Of a DNA stretch of 64,000 nucleotides, positions 29,601-40,300 are shown in pieces; position 1 is the stretch's first letter, and every line of letters begins with the position of its first letter. The notes under the pieces are model-generated. The model searched no databases. It saw only the letters and a list, made by a program, of their open reading frames with translations, and had not been told where the DNA came from. The translations under genes were made by a program, and so were the position numbers. The DNA lies in NCBI GenBank assembly GCA_030141605.1, contig JAQGDQ010000105.1:124001-188000 (forward strand). Reading direction: 5' to 3'. This DNA is from Tubiluchus corallicola (Eukaryota; Animalia; Priapulida).

Positions 29601-32600
29601 TTTAAACTTTTAAAGTCAAGTACATCTAAAATGTATGTACGTGTCTTTAAAGTTTAACGTGAACACCAAACAAAATTACTTACTCTTATTATTATTACTA
29701 TTACAACATCACTAAAATAATGCTGAAGAATTAAGTGTGACTCAACAAAAGTCAATCTAATTCTAATTTGGCATCAATTTAAGTAGGTACAAATATGTGT
29801 GTGTTACGCAGACTGCACTGTATATAGTTCCTGCACACTGACGCCTTAATGCATTTTGCAATGAGTGCAATAGTTGTGAGTTTTGCGGAGCTGCACACAA
29901 AAATTGGATATTACGTTTGCTGTGCTTTATTAATTTTATAGCATATGGTATTCACTTTACTATGTGTGTGGATTGTAAAAAACTGTGTCATCTAGATTAT
30001 CACCCATAGTACAATATTTTATGTCTCTAACAAGATTTAAGTGACAACATGCCAATAGTGCAAGGTAAAAGACTTGCTGCTATTCTATTGTTGATTTTTT
30101 TAAAAACACCGAATAGATGTTGAATTCGTTTTCGTTAGTGACTTGTATTTGTCAAACCTGCACAATTATAAAGGCTTAAAAGTTGTTAAGCATACGGCAA
30201 TATTATTTGTAGGCTTCAATAGATTTATAAGTAATTAAACTGTACCTCTGTTCCTTTTTTACTTTTTCTTGCATTTTGTATGTAATATTTTAATTTACAT
30301 TGTTCTGACCGTTGTAGATATCTGCTAACAATGATAAACAAGCTTTCAAACTGATTGCTGAATTTTAGCATCACAGTTTTGCAGATTCCAAGTTGCTTTT
30401 GATAATTATTTGAAGCTGTTTGATCTAGTCTCATTTTTTCCTCTGCAGACTGGCACATTTGATCCATACAGTGATGATCCCCGATTTGGCATTCAGAAAC
30501 TGGCACTCTGTCCCAGCACAGGAACATTAAGTATTGGCGGCACTGCCGGACAGGTCATTGTACTTCAAATGTCAACAGAAGAAAAGGAGGTTGAACTTCA
30601 TGTAAGTTTATGATTTTGCAGATATCTGTTAACAATTAGTTGATTACTCAATGCTAGTCAACTCCTATATCTTTATTTTTTTGTCTAGTTCTAATGATAT
30701 CATTAAGAAAGGCATTGTTTATATTGTGTAAAACAATAAATTCAAAACTACATTCTTGAGTGAAGTTTTTTATCAAGATTGTGATAATGTTGTGCTTTCT
30801 ACTGTAGATGCCTTATTTTTCATTGTACTAAGCTAAAACGATGTGTCTGTTGATTGTGAATTACTGAAGCTGCTTGCGTACTTATTCACATTGTTCATAC
30901 TGAATAGTAAAAAAGATGAACAGTTTATTGAATATTTCTGTTTTTAGGAGGTCTATGTTCAGATTGTCAATGACAGAGACAATTTCATTTGGAAAGGCCA
31001 TGAGGCTCTAACTCCAAAAGACGGTGCTCAGAAACTTCCTCCTGGATTTCAGCCCACAACTGTGCTCCAGATGACGCCTCCAGCATCTTGTACTGCATTG
31101 TCTCTGTGCAACGAGTGGGGCTTGGTTGCCGGTGGCACAGCACACGGTTTTACCCTTTATGATTATGTACAAAAGAAGGAAGTTATTTCTCGCTGTACTC
31201 TGGATGCTTTGTCCATGGCAGCCACCGATTCTGGTTTGTATTCAGTTACAAAGTTGTTCTGCAACGGTTTATGTAGCACACAATGCTCATTTATGTGACC
31301 ATTTTGCTTTGTAGTTTCTTCGGTTGTGCTTATTGTGTTTTGCTAAACTATCTAGTAAAAGAGGTCTGAAATCTTTTTCTTTTTAATTTGTCTTAGCGAA
31401 ATTTGTTTATTTATTTATTTAATTGGTAGTTTATTTCAGTGCATTGCATACCATGAACACATATACAAGAAATGTAAATGTTTATGCATATCTATATGAA
31501 ATGTATATGTATATTAAACTAAATTAAGTACCATATGCATCTAAAAATTATATTACAAATACAATTAGATATGCAAAGTTCGAATGATCGAATGATACGC
31601 ATTACTCGCGATTAGTTAAAATATGCCAAGCATTAAAAATTAGAGGGTCACATAAAGTATCAGAATCACAAAGTAAATTGCACAAAATAATGAAACTCCA
31701 AAATGTGGAATTTTATTTTCATTATTGATGGCTACAGCGCCAACTACGGCATCATTTTTGCTGATCTGTACGTCAAACGAAAAGTCTCGATCTAGTGTGT
31801 ATATATATATATACAGATGTAACACTTTAAAGTTCCATACATTTCTTGCTGTTGTAGGTGCGAAAGGCAAGAGGCTGCGCAAGTCACTTCGTGAATCATT
31901 TCGACGTATCCGCCAGATACGAGTTCGTAGACCCCATACTTCTGGAGGTGGAGAAGAGGAGAGCAAGAAAGAGAAAAAAGAAAAGAAGAAAGAAGAACCA
32001 AAAGAAAGGCAAGCGTCCATTGACTTTTTAGTAAACAGTTTTTGAACAAGTTTACGTTTTCTTAAAAACACCCAGTATAAAATGCAGAAAGCTGGTATTA
32101 AAAAAAATTATTTACTAGGTGAATGAAAAAATTTTAACCAGTTCGCAATTTGCAATTATTCGCAAACTAAGGAAAACACGATTTTTTGTGTGCCTCTTTT
32201 GAGGTACTCATAAAGAGTTAGTAATCTTCATTGATGTTAGTTACACAGACTTTTTGATAGCTTTGCGTTTTTTATACATTGAAGTAAAATGATTTCCAAT
32301 AATTTTACAGTGAGAAGAAAGAAGCTGGAGATACAGCAGTTAAAGAAGAAACAGCACCACCCGCAGAAGCAGAAAAGAAAGAGGGGGAGGGAGATGAGAA
32401 AGAGAAGAAAGAAGAAACTTCACCAGCAACAGAGGCTGAAACTGCACCTGTTTCAGATACGCAGGAGCCACCAGCTGAGCCAAAGCCTGCACCTGCTGAA
32501 GAAACTGCTGCAGAAACAGAAAAGACAGGTTAATTTTTTACTTTGATGAAATAGTAGAACATGAGCAGTTTTATAAAATACAAAAAAGGAGATTTTTAAT

Positions 32601-34255
32601 GTTAAGCTTCCGAAAAAACGGCTTGAAAAATTATATTGGTTAGTAACAAGCTTGTGTGTGTACGATACCCACTTTAAAAGAAATTCAGGTTTCTTTTCAT
32701 TTTAATTCCTGTAGGCATTATGTTGTATAGTGTCACACATTCATGCTACATGCATTGAATTTTTTTTAAGACACTCCAGCTTGTTACTAGCAGTCGATAC
32801 AGCAGATCACATATTTTTATCGATTTTCTGTTTACTAAAAATGTTAATGATAAAGTTTATTTCAAACTTGTCGGATGTCTGAAACTTCAAGAAAATTTCG
32901 ATGTTTGCAAGTAGGAATTCAAAACATGGCAAAGTGTCTGGCCATGCTATGTCCACATAGTACAGTTGTGTAACGACATGTGGCGCAGCTATCCAAATGT
33001 TTTACTAACATTTTACAATAATGATTCGTAGCACAAAAAGCCCATTTTAAGGAAGCTTGCCAACTGCCAAAGTTTGCTGAAAATTTAATAGATATTGAAC
33101 AGAATGTGCAAACATGAATGGTGCATTCACATAAAATTATGACAAAGTAATGTAATTTCGTAACATAAATGTTTTGAAACTTGTGAAACTTGAAACACTT
33201 TTTTGTTGCTTGAATTTATCAAATTATAGGAGTGTACAACACAGAAAACAATTGGCTTCATTATTCTTTACTCTTATTTTTTACTGTTATTATTTAGCTC
33301 GTTTTTTAGTTTATCTTCATTTATCCGTAATGTTTCAGCTCAACCTGAAGAAAAAGAAGAGACCAAGAAAGAGGAAGAAAAGAAAGAGTCTGCAAAAGAT
33401 GAAGGGTACTATTATTTTGAATCTTTTTAAATGACAAAGTTGAATATTTTACAAAAATGCCATTTTATGTCTTGTTTTCCCTGTATATTAATAGTGACCA
33501 TTTTGAATATACTGTAGTCACCTGTTTCTTTAAATCAGAGTTTATAGTGTATATGCGATGAGACAAGCTGTTAAGCTATGTACATGGGTAAGGCAAGACC
33601 CAAACGGTGCGTAAACCACATTTGGTTTTTGTCCATGTGCAATCATTCCACCACAGTAAGGTAAATGGCTGGGGAAATTATGGCAGATGAAATGACATAA
33701 AAGTTGTTATGCATCCAATTATTGACCAGGCTGAATATTGCTTGATCTTGGTTGTTAAGCAATCACCGCACCATCATCCCATCATCCCACATTTGCATTA
33801 GAGAAAGATGGAATATAATTGGCACGAGTATTATGGGCATAATTTGTTCTGCTATTTTTTTCATGCAAATGAAGTGTGATATACTTTATTTGGTATGTTT
33901 TAAAAACTGGTTAGTACGTTGGAATGAATGTGAATGCACTTACAGAATTCCAGCATCTACAAATTCAATGTGTTTTTTTATTCAGTAAAACTGTATCAAT
34001 TTTATAATCACAATCATTTAAACAGGAACATCTATATTTTTCTCTAATTTTGTACACAATTTTTGTTTAGCGCGAAAGAAGAGGTTAGATCAAAATCACC
34101 CGAGGTATTGGAAGCAAGTACGGACGACAGTATGATTTCCATGGTGAGAAGCCTCTATTTCTCCACTACATTCCTTGTGACTGGTGAGTGCATTTATGTA
34201 ATATTTTCTTAATTTACAATTGTAGTTAGTGTTACTTATTATTGTATTATTATTA

Positions 34256-34306
<51 letters not shown>

Positions 34307-34319
34307 GATTATTATTATA

Positions 34320-34358
<39 letters not shown>

Positions 34359-37300
34359 TGTCTGTTATTATTTACTTATTACATGTAGTATAAGATTACA
34401 GTGCTACTTTATAAAGTATAAGCTGTGAAGAGTACGTTGATAGAGACTAGAACTTCTAATACAGTCAGTGTTTGTGCCTATAAAATGTGCAAAATATAAT
34501 ATTCTTATTACGAATTATCAGAAGTACATTCAGTCGAAACAATATTTAGTATATAATTACCTGTTTATAAATTATGAATGTATTTGATGATGAATATTAT
34601 GTCCTTGATGAATGTAACAAGCTTGTAAGTGGCAAGAATTTGAATACTATTCTATTATTCGGCTTCAAGGCAGGTAGTTCCAAACATATATCTGAACTTG
34701 TTTGCACTTGCATTCATAAATTGTAACTTTTTTGTTATTTAGTAGGACAAAATTTTAATGCAAATAGTATAAGAAATCAATAGATAGATCGTTCTGAAAG
34801 GCAGTGCAAATCCCTAAGCTATCGTGAATTTAAATCTGAAAAGCACTTGCAGTTACTGTTGTACATTTCATGTAGGAGCTGCGGCTGGGCCAACTCTGTG
34901 GGCTGGAACGAGTGCCGGGACCATTTACATTTATAGTATCACCATGCCAGGTGAAGAGAAGCGAACAGAGGAAGGAGTGACTGCTCAGTTAGGTATGCAA
35001 CTGTTACGCTAGTTATCACTTATTATTATATTATAATGTATTATACTATTATAATTGTGATATTATGCAAGCCTGGTGTTTTTATTGTGAATTACGTTCA
35101 TAATTAGTATCTCATCTTTCGTACATTTTAATCCGTAAAACTGACAGAATATAACTGCCACAGTGCATTCGCAGGCACCCATTCCAAATTTCACAAAAAT
35201 ATTACTACTGTTGCTGTATTTACAACTTTGTTTAATGTAATTTATCTTTTATTTCATTCTGTTCATATTTACTTTTTTAAAGGCCATTTTAATCATCACA
35301 TAAATGAAGCTTCTTGACTTTACAAAAATTAATGTTGCAAGTTTTTGCTTTTAATGTGCCTCATTTAATGTACAACTAACACAGTTTATTTTTTTAGCAA
35401 AAGAAATACAGTTGAAGCACAGAGGTGCCGTGGCAGCGATCCAAGTTATCGACAATAAAGGTTACCCGGTGTATCCAGCAGCTATTACAAAGGAGCAATC
35501 TGCTGCAAATGATGCAAACCATAAAGTTATTATATGCTCAATGGAGCAATTTAAGGTTAGTAATTGCAAACCATGAACTGTAAAAGTTGATTTTTTATGC
35601 CTTTTGTGTGATTAACATTAATGGTAGAATTTTGCTGACTTTTGGTGAAATTGTAGTTTTGTTGAGTTTCTTTGTGTAATTCTTTACTGAAATTTTAGCT
35701 ATGATTAATTTTACATAGGAAGTAAAACCTATGCTCAATAACTGTTTTAGTAGCAATGTACATGCTCTGTCATTGACCTGATAATAAGTGTGTTTAAAGA
35801 GCCACCAACTTGCTGTCTTTAATGAGCAAAAATTTCAAAGTTGTAGAACAAAATGGAAAATAGTTGTTTAATGATGTTATTTTCTTCTGCTGTGAGAAGA
35901 CATGGGAGGGATCCTATGGTTGGCATGAAAAATCATTGATGATTATTGTTTTTCCTCAACTAGGGGTCGGACACACATCTCACTAAAAACAAATTTCTTA
36001 CTGCTTTTTCTACCAGCAGACTGTAGTCGAGTACTCCTATATTTGACATTGGAGCTAATATCCGCAGTTTCAAAATAAATAAAAAATCATGATTAACAAC
36101 CTGATAACATATCTACAATAATTAGTTAATTAATCAGTCAATACATTTCATTAATTTATAGAAACTGAAATACTCCTAGAAGGATTAACAGTACTATTAG
36201 TTTAGAAAGCAAGTCTGTAAAATGATCCAAATCATGATATTCTGCCTCTTCATAAATAAATGTATTTTACATGTGACTTTAAACTTAATTTGACAATTTC
36301 AGGTATTTCAGCTTCCTAGCTTAAAGCCCCATGGGAAATACAAACTTGTTTCACATCATGGAGCACTCGTACGCAAGATAGGATTTGTCAAATATACAAG
36401 CAGCAAAAGTATGTTTCGTTTGTGTTTTTTAACTGAATGTAAAATTTATTCTAAACACACTGTGTATTTGTTATACAAGAAATTTCACTTGCATGTTTTT
36501 AAACCATATTTCTAGTAAGCATTAGAGTGGATTTTCTATTGTAGAAGTAAAATCTAAAAGATAGATATTCTTCATATTTGCTTTTTTTTAAACAGAATTT
36601 GCATGTTTCTCAGTACAATTTGCAGATCTTCATGATTCTGCATCTACATTTACCTGTACATTTTTCTATTTTTACATAGTACAACCTAAACATCTAATCT
36701 TTACTATTATAGGGATTATATTAGCATTCATTCAAACATTAGTTAATAATAAATCCAGTTTTTATATTTAAAATAATTCTACTGTAACTGTTTATTTATC
36801 AGTTTAAGTTAGTTTGCTATCTCTTAGTTGTTATCCAAATATTATAGCATTGTCTTAGAATAATTTTTTTCTAGAGTGACTTTTATAATGCATTTTGTTC
36901 TTCTGAATAATAAGGGTATGTTTACACATGAAAACAATAGCATTTCAGCAGGACTGCATACTATATAATAACACCAGATATATATCTGTGCAGCGTTTCA
37001 CTGGATTGCTATTATCTATCATGTCTAAACACTCACAAATTTTTTTATTGGTGTTTAGAATTTAATTGATATTTTTTTAAATTTTGTGATTTTTTAGTTT
37101 TATTACCTTTTTATGCTATACAGTATTGCCCTTTTTTGCCTTATAATTAAAAGCATTATGGTTAATACATGCAGTTGATATCGTACCAAAAGTGACCCGA
37201 TCTGAAGATGGGACAGTGGTGGCGCTACCAGGCAAGATGCATGCCAGCTTTCAGCTTTGTTTTTTAGTGCAAAATCGTGTGTGCGATGTTGTTATCATTG

Positions 37301-40300
37301 CTTAATTCTGCAAATTTTTGTTTGTTGTTATGCCAATGTTCTCAAATTGATGTGTTTATGTATTTATTAAATGCATTATAAAATTTTCATATGCACAGAG
37401 TTTAAAGTACCATTTTGAACTTGCAAAAAAAATGTTATAAGGTGGATGACACTCACATACAAATAGTCAGTATGTATCTAGCTTTGTGGATTATTATTTA
37501 TTACCTTTTTTGCCTCTCTCTTCTTTTACCCCACCTAATAATAGCTTACCTCAAACACCAAGCACAGTGCTTCACTATTTATGGTCTGTACCATTCTTAC
37601 ACATGATAATTTTTTATGTTTTGAAATTTCCTTGTTTGCTGTTATTTCCTATCATTCTGTTGATTCTATTCATTAGATTCCTACCACTCTGCACAGTGAT
37701 TCCTTTTATTCTGCTAATTTTTACTAGTTTTGCAATACAATGTACGTTTTAATTTTACAAAGTATGTTCAACTACTGCTTTAAGTGTGCAAAAGTCTTTG
37801 TTTAATGGAAAACAGATTATTATATTATGTAACACTGTACTTAGCACTTGAAGACCAATTGGTAATGATCTTTTAGGTAAAAATTTACGACCTGTTCTTT
37901 TTAATAAATTCTTTTAAAAGCATTCTGACTTGCTATAATGTGAGAATAATACTGTAATATATAGCATTAATAGCGGCAGTGAAAAGAAACTTATGCAACT
38001 AATCTGGCTCTGCAGCTTAAGCAACACAAGAACAGTTGAATCCCCTAAATAACAGTTAAGTAATTGTTTGGCTGATTTTAGTTAATCTGCTTAGAATGAT
38101 TTATCAGACTAAGTTTCTGTGTGTTCCTCTTACAGATGAAGAATATAGTGAATGGTGCATCACATGCCTGTCACAACACGGTGAAGTCAGTATTTACAGT
38201 ATTCCACAACTTCGTAAGCAGCTTCTTAAACCTTGTATGGACAAAGATGACATTCAGTAAGTGAAGTTAGAATGTAATTTTTGGAATTCACTGGCACAAC
38301 TCTTTTAGTAGAAGCTAATCTCAAGACCAGAATTTCATTGTAAATCCCCAAAACTAAACAGACACACCAATGCTCATTAACGTGAATCTAAATTTTTTCA
38401 CAGCGGTGCTTAAAAATCAAAAATTTTACTGTTAATGCCCAGTCAACAAAAACGGAAATACAAACAAGAAGGCGAAAACCTCTTTGTTGTAGAAAATGGC
38501 CATTTGTCAAAATCACCAGAGTTCTAAATCATTCCGAGATTGAATCAGAAACTGTTAAGCTTCATTCTGAAAAAATACTAGTAGTGATAGGAATATAATT
38601 TTTGAAAGTAGTGAAATTAATCACTAAAATTTATTTAATTTAATTTCACTGTTTCTGTAATCTAGAATCATTGTAACCGAGCTAATTCAAACCCTGATTC
38701 TTTGGATTCTTGTAAATTCTCATGGTGGGCCTTTGTGTAGCTTCTGTCAAAATATGTAATGAAATTCTGGCCCAAATTGTTTGTTTGACTGTTCCCACAT
38801 GTTGGTGACCGGTAAAAAATATTATTAAATTTTTCGGTTTATGACTGCAATGACTTTGATTATTGCTAATGTTACAACTGCTATTTTAGTATTTATGTTT
38901 CCTCCAGCTGTATTTGCAAATTCATGTTATGCAGTCTCTGTCTAATACCAGATTCTTCATTGCAGAGGTATAGCCTCACTCGTATTTGCCCAAGAAGGAG
39001 AGGGTTTCTACCTCAACTCTTCTAGCGAACTGACACGGTTTTCATTGTCAGCCCGAACCACGACACAGGCAATGTGTGTCTTGGAGCTTCCCGAAGGCAT
39101 GCGACCGCTGCCTCCTGAACCAGAGCCTGAGCCTGAACCTGAGCCTGAAAAGGAGGCAAAGGAGCCAGATACAAGGTAATTTTTGGGCATAATGTTGGAC
39201 AGAATGTTGTATAAAATTAGTTTATTCTCATTTCCCATATTTACCTGGCTTGTGAGATGTACATATATTACCTGCAAAAGTATTTGTCTATATAGTTAAT
39301 TGGAATTACACAAGGTAAATCCTAGCTATTTTGAAGTTGGGCAGAAAAACTTCTAGTGTCTTGATAAGGTTCTTATACTGGTTGTTTTTTCTGTCTGTTT
39401 TTTGTTGGGTGTTTTCTTGAAATTTATGTATTGCTTACACTTCTTTGGCTTTACTTGTGACTTGCTTTTTTCATCAGCAACCAATGTGATTCAAATCTGG
39501 CAAAGAAACTCATAATATTTCTTATGTAGTGCTGATGTGCTTCTATTCGTTTGGCTATCACAAAGTGCTTATTTGGCACTGTTGTTACTGAACTGTTATT
39601 TGTCTTCATAGTGGCAAGGATAAAGAAGGAGAGAAAGCAGAAGAGAAGAAGGACGAAAAGGTGGAAGAAAAGACGGAAGCAGAAGAAGAAGATAAGCCTG
39701 CTGATGAATCACAGGCAGAAGCAGCAGATTTGACACAAGATATAGTCACTGATCATACAGCGTAAGGATCACCAGGGTTTTATTATTCTGTTTGCCCATT
39801 TTATAATAATGTATTAGTAGCTTTCAGTGTTATCAGGCAGCTTTTCTTTACACTTTTATGAAAGGTTTGCTTTCACTATTATCATGCCATGACAGCAGGA
39901 CAGAGGCTCTACCACTAGGCAAATTCTGCAAGTAATTTTTTTAATTTTTTTTAAGTTTAGCGTAAGTAGTTACGTAGTGTCTATGTAATTGCTTAAGTTC
40001 GCAACTGTGAATTAAATGAAATGAGCTACTTGAATTGTTTTCCTGACATAGTATATCATTCATTGATGCTAACACGGAGCTCTCTTCCCTCAGCATAACA
40101 CTTTTTTCTTTTGCTTTACCTGACTTTTTAATATTACGTCATCTCATGCAAGGATTACTGGCACATTACCCAGCTTTTGCCAACAGTTTATGTTGTGTGC
40201 ATAGAGCAGCAGAGAAAAATTTCTTGCAATAGCACTTGTCTAATTATGGCAGATAAAGCTATAAGAATCAAAGTCTTCAAGAGCATAATACAGGAAACGA

